In this document: piece by piece, positions 1 through 9,452 of the stretch | Layout of the letters: every line of letters starts with the position of its first letter | Numbering within the stretch: position 1 is the first letter of the stretch | From: Ignavibacteria bacterium | GTDB lineage: Bacteria; Bacteroidota; Ignavibacteria; Kapaibacteriales; UBA2268 | DNA length: 64,000 bases | Direction of reading: 5' to 3' | NCBI GenBank assembly: GCA_016844745.1 | Contig: JAERMQ010000005.1 | Coordinates: forward strand, 47,964-111,963 | The notes under the pieces: model-generated | Told to the model about the DNA's origin: nothing | What the model saw: only the letters and a program-made list of their open reading frames with translations | The model's database searches: none | Made by a program: the position numbers and the translations under genes

Positions 1-605
1 TTTCCGGCTTTGACACCAAATTGAGTTGTATAAGTAGGATAATAAGTAACTGCTGTTCCGTTTTGAGTGGCAACTATCAGAATTTGTGGAGGCTTGTTTT
101 CAGTAACACCGGAATACATTTTTACCCTGTCCTGGTACATGTTTAAAGTAAAATATTCCTTTCCAAGCCATGCAGTTGGAGTTACTCTATATGCTTCGCC
201 AGACCATTTGTATGCAACGAAAACTGCCACATTGACCGGGTCATTGGAGAAAAGATGTATACCTTTGTCCTCTGCAACTTCCGACTGGGTATTGATAACC
301 ATTTCGGTAAGTGAAACAGATTTAACCTGATTCGGCATAACTTCGAATGTCTGAGTTGCAAAAACTCCGCCAGGGCTCTCGATAGTAAATCTGGTTTTTA
401 CTTTCGATGATACCCATAAATCGACAGGGTATTGCCCCCATCTAATGGGTTCGGCTCTATCTCTTCCGCAAACGGGAACACCGAACCAAAAATCGGTGCC
501 GTCGGAAATTTCTTCTTCCTGGGCTTGTGAATATACAGGCACGGAAGAGAAGTATGCGGCAAAGAATAATGCGAACACCCCAAATATAGTAAACATGCGC
601 TTCAT
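1..605 (-). CDS. Partial CDS (5' end in window, runs off the left edge): secreted protein. The N-terminal region resembles the IgGFc-binding-protein-N-terminal-like domain of FCB cell-surface proteins.
   Basis: Own reverse-strand translation from ATG at 605-603: MKRMFTIFGVFALFFAAYFSSVPVYSQAQEEEISDGTDFWFGVPVCGR...LWVSSKVKTRFTIESPGG. The frame stays open to position 1. It is absent from the ORF track because no stop lies in the window. Confidence 0.65.
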   Translation of the reverse strand, partial: MKRMFTIFGVFALFFAAYFSSVPVYSQAQEEEISDGTDFWFGVPVCGRDRAEPIRWGQYPVDLWVSSKVKTRFTIESPGGVFATQTFEVMPNQVKSVSLTEMVINTQSEVAEDKGIHLFSNDPVNVAVFVAYKWSGEAYRVTPTAWLGKEYFTLNMYQDRVKMYSGVTENKPPQILIVATQNGTAVTYYPTYTTQFGVKAG

Positions 606-849
606 AGTAACTCCTATAGTTAAAAATTTAATATAAAAAATATATATTTTAATTTAGTATTCATTTTTGTTTTTTTCATTATTGCATTATAATAAAAAGT
701 TATTAAATTTGCAAATTATTTTTTTAGAAATTTAAATTTTTCATATAATTTTATTTTAAAAATGAAAAATATTTATTCCCATTTAATATATCATTCAAAT
801 AACAGTTGAAAATCTATTTTGTTACATTAATGTTGAAAAATAATTATTT

Positions 850-3306
850 ATGTTACATTTTCTTAAATTTATTGAATTAAAAAGCCTAATAGTATTCCTC
901 CTTATATATCCTTGTTTCGACATTTTTGCTCAAAAAGTTAATAATAAAAGTATAGATTTTTCCGGGTATAGTTTACTTAAAATCAATGCCGGTTCTTCAT
1001 TCAATGAGGATTCGGCAGGTAAATACGGATTAGAAGTTATTTCCAACGATAAATCCGGGCAAAGTATCATTGCCGTCGTTAATCGAAACTCAAGGGAACT
1101 CCTTATTCAAAAGAAAATTAACTTTGAAATTTTAATCAAAAATTATGAAGAATATTTATCCGAAAATCTTTCATCAGTCAAAAGAAATAACAATTCTAAG
1201 GAGCTTTCCGATGCCCTTCTTGGAGAAAAGTATTTTAATTTAGGCTCAATGAGCGGGTATTTCAAATTAGAGGAGATTTATGAAAATTTCGACAGAATGA
1301 CCAATATTTTTCCTCAATATCATATACAAAAGGATACAATCGGCTATTCTTTTGAGAAACACCCCATCTTAGCTTATACATTTTCACCGGGAAATACAGG
1401 AAAACCGCAAACCCTGTTCACATCACTACATCATGCCCGCGAACCTGGGAGTGCGACGACATTAATTTATTTTTTCTGGAAATTATTAGAAAAAGCAAGT
1501 CAGGGAAACCCCGAAGAGGAATTTTTATTAAGTAACCGTAGAATCTCAGTTATACCTGTAGTCAATCCTGATGGTTATTATTTTAATCAGAAAAACTATC
1601 CGAATGGCGGAGGTATGTGGCGAAAGAATCGCCGTAAAATCAATGACAGTACTTATGGAGTTGATATTAATCGGAATTATGGACCGCTTCAATTCTGGGA
1701 TTCAAAAAATGAAGGTTCTTCAACTACTCCCTGGAATGATACATACAGAGGTGATTCTGCTTTCTCCGAACCGGAAACGCGTGCAATTAGAGACTTTTGC
1801 ATAAAAAATAAATTTAAAACAGCCTTAAATTATCATACCTTCAGCAATTGTTTAATTTATCCTTCCAGCGCTACTTCTTCCGAAACATCCGATTCCCTTA
1901 CTTACAGATTATTTTCATTGGATAATTCATATCGTTCCCATTATTCTTTCGGACTTGATTTTCAGAATGTTGGATACTTCGCACGTGGAGTATCGGACGA
2001 CTGGATGTATCTTGAATCACCAATGAAACCAAAAATATTATCATTCACTTGCGAAGTCGGCTCTCAATCAGCATCAACCGAATATTCCGGATTCTGGCAA
2101 TCCCGTGATTCAATATTAGTTCAGGCAATTACAAATTACCCGATAAATATGCAGATATTATTTTCTGCTAATTTCAATTTGAGACCGGTAGAAGTTTATT
2201 TTAATTGCGGCAATAACTGCACTTCACCTTCGGTGGTTGTTCGAGTTGCAAACATTGGGGTTAATGCTTCCGATATGTTATCGGGAATTGCAGTTCATTC
2301 GCTGGATACTTCAATATCGGTCACAAATCCTGATGTGAATTTACCTTCTTTGAGTTCCGGTAATACGGTTGAATTGGCATTTAATGTTTCATACCCAAAG
2401 AAATTTTTTAATGGTAAATACATACCTTTTGAAATAGAAATTCATCAGGAAGGAATTGTTCGAAAAGACACTTTTAATATTCAAATGTATAAACCGGAAA
2501 TTGTTGGGTTGTTTAATTCCGATACTTCAATAAAAAATTGGTCTTCGGATAGCTGGGGTATTGAATATGATTCATCCATAAAAAGATTTGTTCTCTCGGA
2601 TAGTCCCGCAGGGAAATATAAGGATTCTTCTCTAAGTATTTGCACATTGCTCCCAACAATCGATTTGACCGATTTTATTAGCGCTACACTTGAATTCAAA
2701 TCATCCTGGAATTTTGAAAGATTCTATGATTGTGTTGTTTTAGAAGCCAAATCCGTACAGAATGGTAACTGGGAGCGACTTACAGGCAACAGAATGATGA
2801 CTGCGCCGAAACTCAACAATTCACGCCTTAAGCAGGGTGAACAAGGTTACACCGGACATTCCCCATTTTGGTTACATAACGAATGTTCATTGGATAAGTA
2901 CATTGGAAAAATAATTGAAATAAGATTTGTACTGCTTAGCGACGGCAATAAAAATTTTAACGGTATCCGGTTTTCGGAAATTGGACTGCGGCTTTATAAG
3001 GAGCTATCAGGTACATCCGACAGTTTTTCTTATCCCGAATATGAATATTCATTCCACCCAAACCCAGTGGAAGCCGGCTCCGATTTTACCTTCGAATTTA
3101 ATTCATTTAAATTACCTTTTTCGGATAATATTCAATTCAAATTAGTCAATCCTATCGGACAGACAATTTTCGAGGAAAACAGGGACAGAATTATTAATCA
3201 AAAGCATATAATTCAAATTCCAACAACCGGATTGGCTGCCGGATGTTATTTTGCAATTTTGAATTATGGAGGCAGAGCCTTCATTAATAAAATTATCATC
3301 TTTTAA
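850..3306 (+). CDS. M14-family zinc carboxypeptidase with C-terminal T9SS (Por) sorting domain
   Basis: Motifs HHAREPGS, NPDGY, WRKNRR, GVDINRNY and FSEPET. The C-terminus (FHPNPVEAGSDFTFEF...GCYFAIL) is typical of the Por secretion tail. There is an N-terminal hydrophobic signal. Confidence 0.85.
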   Translation: MLHFLKFIELKSLIVFLLIYPCFDIFAQKVNNKSIDFSGYSLLKINAGSSFNEDSAGKYGLEVISNDKSGQSIIAVVNRNSRELLIQKKINFEILIKNYEEYLSENLSSVKRNNNSKELSDALLGEKYFNLGSMSGYFKLEEIYENFDRMTNIFPQYHIQKDTIGYSFEKHPILAYTFSPGNTGKPQTLFTSLHHAREPGSATTLIYFFWKLLEKASQGNPEEEFLLSNRRISVIPVVNPDGYYFNQKNYPNGGGMWRKNRRKINDSTYGVDINRNYGPLQFWDSKNEGSSTTPWNDTYRGDSAFSEPETRAIRDFCIKNKFKTALNYHTFSNCLIYPSSATSSETSDSLTYRLFSLDNSYRSHYSFGLDFQNVGYFARGVSDDWMYLESPMKPKILSFTCEVGSQSASTEYSGFWQSRDSILVQAITNYPINMQILFSANFNLRPVEVYFNCGNNCTSPSVVVRVANIGVNASDMLSGIAVHSLDTSISVTNPDVNLPSLSSGNTVELAFNVSYPKKFFNGKYIPFEIEIHQEGIVRKDTFNIQMYKPEIVGLFNSDTSIKNWSSDSWGIEYDSSIKRFVLSDSPAGKYKDSSLSICTLLPTIDLTDFISATLEFKSSWNFERFYDCVVLEAKSVQNGNWERLTGNRMMTAPKLNNSRLKQGEQGYTGHSPFWLHNECSLDKYIGKIIEIRFVLLSDGNKNFNGIRFSEIGLRLYKELSGTSDSFSYPEYEYSFHPNPVEAGSDFTFEFNSFKLPFSDNIQFKLVNPIGQTIFEENRDRIINQKHIIQIPTTGLAAGCYFAILNYGGRAFINKIIIF

Positions 3307-3374
3307 AACTTATACAAGAGGCTTTTGAAAAAGTAAGATGAATAATTTAAAAATTGAAAATTTAATAATTAATT

Positions 3375-3494
3375 GAGACCTCTGAAAAATAATAAAATTA
3401 TCATGATTGTTATTCTGAACTTGTTTCAGAATCCACTCCCAGTGCGGTTTATGGATTCTGAAACAAGTTCAGAATGACATTTTTCAGAAGTCTC
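3375..3494. repeat. Palindromic intergenic element, copy A (variant stem with compensatory changes)
   Basis: Outer arms are gagacCtctgaaaaat / atttttcagaaGtctc. Inner arms are attctgaacttgtttcagaatcc / ggattctgaaacaagttcagaat. The loop starts ACTCCCA as in other copies. Confidence 0.85.
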
Positions 3495-3592
3495 TAATTG
3501 AAAATTGCTAAATTAGAAATTGAAAATTCATTAAATAAAAACATTTAGTTATAAGAAGTCAAATTTGAATTACAAAATAAAGGATTATTAGT

Positions 3593-4879
3593 TTGACAGT
3601 TACTAAAGCAGAAAGAACAGGCTGGTATTTTTATGATTGGGCTAATTCAGCTTTTTATACTACTGTTATAACTGTTTTTTTAGGTCCTTATCTCACTTCA
3701 ATTACCAAATCTGCTGCTGATTCATCAGGATATGTTCAGGTTATTGGTATCCCTGTTTATGCTGATTCCTTATTTGCTTATACTGTTTCACTATCTGTTG
3801 CTCTTCAGGTTATAATACTTCCATTATTTGGAGCAATTGCCGATACCACCAATTATAAAAAAACGATATTAGGTATATCGGCATATATTGGCGCAATAGC
3901 TACAACATTAATGTTCTTTCTGGAGGGAACAAGATTCCTGCTTGGAAGTATTTTATTTATAATTGCAAATATTAGTTTCGGTGTATCGGTTATTATTTAT
4001 AATTCCTATTTGAACGAAATCGCCGAGCCGGAGAATCGCGATAAAATATCTGCAAACGGTTGGGCATTCGGTTACCTGGGTGGTGGAATTTTACTTGCTT
4101 TGAATCTTCTTCTATTTTCCCAGAAAGACAAACTTGGAATAACGACGGATTATGCCGTAAGAATTTGTTTATGCTCTGCTGGACTTTGGTGGGGAATATT
4201 CACCATTATTCCTTTATTGACATTAAAAAACCGGAAACAGAACGGTATTAAAGCCTTATCCGGTAATATCGTTTATTCGGGATTCAGACAATTATTCAAA
4301 ACAATACGGGATGCAAGAAAATATCCTGTAACTTTACTTTTTCTCTTATCATTTATTTTCTACAATGAGGGAATCCAGACTATTATTGTAATTTCTTCTC
4401 TATTCGGACATGAAGAACTGGGAATACCATTTTCGACTCTAACCCAGATAATTCTAATGGTTCAGTTCATTGCCTTTCTTGGTTCCCTTTTTTATAAATT
4501 CGTTTTGAGATATTTAAGTGTAAAAAATACAATAATAATTTCCCTTTTCATTTGGCTTTCAATAATAGTTTATACTTATAGATTTTTAACCGGTACAACA
4601 GATTTTTTTATACTTGCTGCATGTATAGCCCTTGTATTAGGAGGAACACAAGCAATGAGCCGTTCTTTTTTTTCAAATATGATACCTTTGGGATACGAAG
4701 CAGAATATTTCAGTCTTTACGAAATAAGCGACCGTGGAACAAGCTGGCTTGGTCCTTTGATATTTGGTTTGTCCCTTCAATTAACCGGTTCATACAGATA
4801 TGCTATGCTATCTCTCGGAGTATTTATCGCAATCGGATTAGCGCTTCTATTTAAAGTAAAAGAAAGTGAACTCAAATAA
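3593..4879 (+). CDS. MFS transporter, UMF1 (Atg22-like) family
   Basis: N-terminus AERTGWYFYDWANSAFYTTVITVFLGPYL, about 12 hydrophobic segments, TTG start. Confidence 0.75.
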   Translation: MTVTKAERTGWYFYDWANSAFYTTVITVFLGPYLTSITKSAADSSGYVQVIGIPVYADSLFAYTVSLSVALQVIILPLFGAIADTTNYKKTILGISAYIGAIATTLMFFLEGTRFLLGSILFIIANISFGVSVIIYNSYLNEIAEPENRDKISANGWAFGYLGGGILLALNLLLFSQKDKLGITTDYAVRICLCSAGLWWGIFTIIPLLTLKNRKQNGIKALSGNIVYSGFRQLFKTIRDARKYPVTLLFLLSFIFYNEGIQTIIVISSLFGHEELGIPFSTLTQIILMVQFIAFLGSLFYKFVLRYLSVKNTIIISLFIWLSIIVYTYRFLTGTTDFFILAACIALVLGGTQAMSRSFFSNMIPLGYEAEYFSLYEISDRGTSWLGPLIFGLSLQLTGSYRYAMLSLGVFIAIGLALLFKVKESELK

Positions 4880-4891
4880 TTCCAGGTAAAA

Positions 4892-6580
4892 ATGTTTCTA
4901 CCAATGACAATAAAAGAAGCCCGCAGGCTTGGCTGGGACAATTTCGATGTAATATTAGTTACCGGCGATGCTTATATAGATTCTCCTTTCGACGGAACTG
5001 CGGTTATTGGTAAAGCGCTTCATTCCAGGGGATATAGAGTCGGAATTATTTCTCAACCGGATATAAATTCATACTTCGATATAACCCTGTTAGGCGAGCC
5101 TTTGCTATTTTGGGGAGTCAGCGGCGGATGCGTCGATTCAATGGTTGCTAATTATACTTCACTCAAAAAAAAGAAAAGGAATGATGACACTACTCCCGGT
5201 GGTATTAATAATAAACGACCCGACAGGGCAGTTATTCGATATGTAAATCTAATCAAGCAAAATTTCAAAAATAAAAAGCCAATAATAATCGGGGGTATTG
5301 AAGCAAGCCTTAGGCGTATTGCTCACTATGACTACTGGTCGGATTCGGTACGCGGTTCAATTCTGGCTGACTCAAAAGCAGACCTTCTTGTTTATGGTGA
5401 AGGTGAGAGAACTATATTAGAAATAGCGGATTCCATCAAAAACGGCTCTGAATGTAGGAATATAAGGGGAGTTTGCTATTTATCTCAAACACTGCCAAAC
5501 GCATATTTAGAACTGCCTTCATTCGAGCAAGTTGCAGTAAATAAAGAAGCATTTTTGTCTATGTTCGACTTGTTTTATAAAAATAATGACCCTCGCAATG
5601 CAAAAGGAATATACCAAAAGCATGGCAATAGATATTTAGTGCAGAATCCGCCTAATTATTATTTGTCAGGAACTGAACTGGATGAGATTCATGATTTGGA
5701 ATTCGAGTATGATGCTCATCCCGAATGTCTCAAACATGGTAAAATCAAATCATTGGAAACAATTAAATTTTCATTGATTTCACACCGCGGTTGCTATGGC
5801 GAGTGTAATTTTTGTGCAATTTCGGTTCATCAGGGCAGAACAATTCGCAGCAGGTCAAAGGAATCAATAATAAAAGAAGCTCAAAAATATACATCAATAA
5901 GAGATTTTAAAGGGAACATTTTCGATGTAGGCGGTCCAACGGCTAATATGTACCGGAACGTATGTGCTGTTCAACAGAAAGCAGGAAGCTGCAAAAACAA
6001 GCGCTGCTCTACTCCCGAACGCTGTGAAAAAATGAATATTGAACATAATTCGCAAATTGAACTTCTTCGTGAATTAAGGAAAATCCCCGGAATAAAAAAT
6101 ATATTTATTGGGTCAGGATTAAGATATGACCTGATTGTTGAGGATAAACAATTCGGAGACAATTATTTTCATGATATCGTCAAATATCATACCGGCGGAC
6201 AGCTCAAGATAGCTCCCGAGCATATTGCCGACAATGTAGTTGATTTGATGGGTAAGCCGAAGAACAAACACCTCCTGAAGTTTGTCGAAAAATTTAAATC
6301 ATTGACAGCCCAAATCGGTAAAAAACAATTCCTGACATATTATTTCATTGCTGCACATCCTGGCTGCTCGGAATTCGAAATGGAAATATTGCGAAAATTC
6401 CTGGATAAACAATTGAAATTCAAACCGGAACAAATCCAGGTATTCAATCCGACACCTTCGACTTATTCGGCAGCAATGTATTGGACCGGACTCAACCCTA
6501 AGACCAGGAAAAAAATATTCGTTGAAAAGGAATTAAAGCGGAAAGATCTGCAGAAAAGCTTAATTTCGGGAAAGTACTAA
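4892..6580 (+). CDS. ygiQ: YgiQ-family radical SAM protein (UPF0313)
   Basis: MFLPMTIKEARRLGWDNFDVILVTGDAYIDSPFDGTAVIGK plus the CYGECNFC radical SAM cysteine motif. Confidence 0.85.
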   Translation: MFLPMTIKEARRLGWDNFDVILVTGDAYIDSPFDGTAVIGKALHSRGYRVGIISQPDINSYFDITLLGEPLLFWGVSGGCVDSMVANYTSLKKKKRNDDTTPGGINNKRPDRAVIRYVNLIKQNFKNKKPIIIGGIEASLRRIAHYDYWSDSVRGSILADSKADLLVYGEGERTILEIADSIKNGSECRNIRGVCYLSQTLPNAYLELPSFEQVAVNKEAFLSMFDLFYKNNDPRNAKGIYQKHGNRYLVQNPPNYYLSGTELDEIHDLEFEYDAHPECLKHGKIKSLETIKFSLISHRGCYGECNFCAISVHQGRTIRSRSKESIIKEAQKYTSIRDFKGNIFDVGGPTANMYRNVCAVQQKAGSCKNKRCSTPERCEKMNIEHNSQIELLRELRKIPGIKNIFIGSGLRYDLIVEDKQFGDNYFHDIVKYHTGGQLKIAPEHIADNVVDLMGKPKNKHLLKFVEKFKSLTAQIGKKQFLTYYFIAAHPGCSEFEMEILRKFLDKQLKFKPEQIQVFNPTPSTYSAAMYWTGLNPKTRKKIFVEKELKRKDLQKSLISGKY

Positions 6581-6684
6581 TTTTAAAAAAATTCTAAAAC
6601 GTCATTTTTAATAATTACTCATTGAAAATATATTGAAAATTAGTAATTTAAAATTGAAAATTATGAAAAATTTTGGGATTAAAA

Positions 6685-6963
6685 ATGTATTTTATTCTTT
6701 TTTACAAAACAGTGGATGATTACTTAGAAAGGCGCATTCAATACAGGGAGCGACACTTAAATTATGCTATGGATTCCCATAACCGTGGCGAATTAATCAT
6801 TGCCGGAGCATATTCCGAGCCTGCCGACGGTGCCGTCCTGATATTCAAAGCCGAATCATCAACAATAGTCGAAGATTTTGCCAAAAACGACCCTTACGTT
6901 ATTTACGGTCTGGTAGTCGAATGGACAGTCAGGAAATGGACTGTTGTGATTGGCGGAGATTGA
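6685..6963 (+). CDS. YciI-family protein
   Basis: MYFILFYKTVDDYLERRIQYRERHLNY...ELIIAGAY...DPYV pattern. The ATG at 6685 is preferred over the TTG at 6673 used by the ORF track. Confidence 0.7.
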   Translation: MYFILFYKTVDDYLERRIQYRERHLNYAMDSHNRGELIIAGAYSEPADGAVLIFKAESSTIVEDFAKNDPYVIYGLVVEWTVRKWTVVIGGD

Positions 6964-7085
6964 TATTTTGAAATAAAATTCAATTCGATTTTGCAATTCT
7001 TTTATTTTTTGATAATTTGATTAAGTAGGTTTTAAAATAATAATAAAAAGTTACTCATTTATAAATTAGTAACGATTCCAATTAT

Positions 7086-9320
7086 TTGAGCGATGTTTTC
7101 AAAAAATATTTAAACCAAAATAAAAGGATAAAATTGTATAAATCGAGAACAGATATAATCTCTAATATTTTAAGTTCACTTACAATTCAAGACAAGGATG
7201 TAACCCTACCTAAAGTTTGTTATTTAAGCGGTGGTTTCGGAATAGGGAAATCTTATATTATAAATGAAGTAAAGAATAGACTCGTACAATCAGATTATTT
7301 CGATGCAATCTTCTTTCTCAATTCATTGGACCATATTAAATATTTAACCGAATTTGCAGTAAAATTATTTAACCGACCGGTAATAAGAAATCATATAATT
7401 AATGCCCTTCCATCTGAATCAATCTATAACGCCGAACGATTTGAAAATATTATATACGAAATTCAGCTAAAAAATTCAGAATTAGCATCTGAATTTTCTT
7501 ATGTGAAGAAAATGGTTCCGAATCACATTTTTCAAAGTACCTCCTCAGATGCTATTATCCCGTCTCATTTCGAAGAACTGCTGCCTAAAAAGAGCGAAAG
7601 AAGGATGGTTGCGGAAACTGAATGTGTTGTCTCAGAATCGTTTATAATTGATTTGATTGGATATTTTTATCCCATTACGGGTGAATTGAAGATATTCGAA
7701 GAAAGCCTGAAGAATAAATCAAAACCCAAAATTCTCATTATTGCAGATAATTACGACAAATTTGCAGGTTCAATTAATTTCTGGATTTTTGGTTCCTTGC
7801 TTAAATACTTATCCGCTGCAGGATTTAAAGATTTTGTTAATTATGATGTGCAATTGGATAATCCGGAAATTAAGATTTCAGATATAATCAACGTAAGTTT
7901 TCTTATTGGGAACAGGCAAACACTGGCATCAAATCTAAAAACCAATGCTATTTCCAATTCCGAATTTACTCAAATTGAATTAGAACCACTTCCGGATAAT
8001 GAAATAAAGAAATTCATTGAAACCCTGAAAATAAATTATGCAGAGAATCGTGAATTTATAAATGATTTGACCTGCGGTATTCCTTATGTACTCGACCTTT
8101 TTAATGAATATATTCGCCTTGCTTATGATTCATCGGACTACTCATTAATATATAATAAGGCTGCAGAAAAAATTTATTCCTACAGAACCGAAGATGAACG
8201 GGATTGGCTGCGGTGTGCCTGTTTTTTGGATGAATTTGACGAAAGCGGACTGAAGCTTTTTCCTTTCATAGCCGGCAATTCGGCAAAAGCTTTTGAATTT
8301 CTTTTTCATTCCGGCGATTTGACAATTGCAGGAAAAAACTCCGGTAAAATTACAATACGACCGGAGGTATCCAAATTCATAAAATTTTCCACCAAGATTG
8401 AATCGGTTACTGTTGCAAAAGAATTCGAAAAAATCTCCGAACTCAATAACCGCACTTCTACACTTTTTTGCTCAATGACGGAGAAAGAAAGTGAAGTATT
8501 ACGAAATCTGGCATATTTCAGGCAATTTGATACTGAATTTGCTTTACCGGAATACTTTGGTATGGAAAAGCAACTTGCAATTTCCATGATTTACAAATAT
8601 TCACTTATATTTGATAAACATGATTTTACTTATTCCCTGAAGCCCCAGATTTTTGATTTAATGAAGGAATATAATAAATATTTTAGCCCCGAAAATAACG
8701 AAGAACAATTCAAAAAAGTAGAGCTGCTTTGGCAAAACAGACTTTATCAACTGAAGGATAAAGTAATTAACAACAATTCCGAAATCAACCTTCTGAATAA
8801 AAAATATGATGAATTAAGAGAAGATTTAAACCATTTGGAAGTTGAAAAAATTGGAATGAATCAATCAATCGATGTAATAGATGTGGAATCGAAGGCTCTT
8901 GAACAATCATGTCAGAATCAAAAGAAAAGTAGATTTATCAAATATATGCTCTTTATTTTATGTGGCATAATTTTACTGTTTTTTGGGCATAGTACCGAAA
9001 AAGTATTTCAATTATTAAGCTTCAAGTGGTTATCAATATATCATTCGGCATATTTGATTATTTCCCTATCACTTATAAGTTATGGACTTATATTTTGGTA
9101 CCTAAACAGAATAGGTAAAATAAACTCCAATAAATCATTGCAATCTCCAACAATAAAAGAAAAAAACAAGGAATCCAAAATCATTAATGAGAATCTTAAC
9201 TTACTCGAAGAAAGAATAAAAACTGTGAAAGACAACTTGGAAATGACTAAAAAGAATATGGAATTATTATCAAAAGATAACTTTGAAATCGAACAAAAAG
9301 CCAAAGCAAGTTATTTATAA
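7086..9320 (+). CDS. P-loop NTPase (STAND/AAA_16-like) with C-terminal coiled coil - two TM helices - coiled coil
   Basis: Walker A is SGGFGIGKS and Walker B-like is KILIIADNYD. Hydrophobic stretches are YMLFILCGIILLFFG and YLIISLSLISYGLIFWYL, flanked by K/E/L/N-rich heptad-like sequence. TTG start. Confidence 0.6.
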   Translation: MSDVFKKYLNQNKRIKLYKSRTDIISNILSSLTIQDKDVTLPKVCYLSGGFGIGKSYIINEVKNRLVQSDYFDAIFFLNSLDHIKYLTEFAVKLFNRPVIRNHIINALPSESIYNAERFENIIYEIQLKNSELASEFSYVKKMVPNHIFQSTSSDAIIPSHFEELLPKKSERRMVAETECVVSESFIIDLIGYFYPITGELKIFEESLKNKSKPKILIIADNYDKFAGSINFWIFGSLLKYLSAAGFKDFVNYDVQLDNPEIKISDIINVSFLIGNRQTLASNLKTNAISNSEFTQIELEPLPDNEIKKFIETLKINYAENREFINDLTCGIPYVLDLFNEYIRLAYDSSDYSLIYNKAAEKIYSYRTEDERDWLRCACFLDEFDESGLKLFPFIAGNSAKAFEFLFHSGDLTIAGKNSGKITIRPEVSKFIKFSTKIESVTVAKEFEKISELNNRTSTLFCSMTEKESEVLRNLAYFRQFDTEFALPEYFGMEKQLAISMIYKYSLIFDKHDFTYSLKPQIFDLMKEYNKYFSPENNEEQFKKVELLWQNRLYQLKDKVINNNSEINLLNKKYDELREDLNHLEVEKIGMNQSIDVIDVESKALEQSCQNQKKSRFIKYMLFILCGIILLFFGHSTEKVFQLLSFKWLSIYHSAYLIISLSLISYGLIFWYLNRIGKINSNKSLQSPTIKEKNKESKIINENLNLLEERIKTVKDNLEMTKKNMELLSKDNFEIEQKAKASYL

Positions 9321-9452
9321 AATACGTTTTCATTTAACTTTCATTTTTATTTCTTAATTTTTTAAATTCAAATAAGTAGATTTTGTTATTTACAATAATA
9401 CTTTGATTAAATAGTTAAAATATATTGGATGTAGAATAATAGTTGATTTTAT

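Noticed and set aside
67-636. Track ORFs 67..330(+), 398..583(-) and 445..636(+).
   Set aside because: They overlap a longer, signal-peptide-bearing minus-strand frame that is open from 605 to the window edge. They are alternative-frame artefacts.
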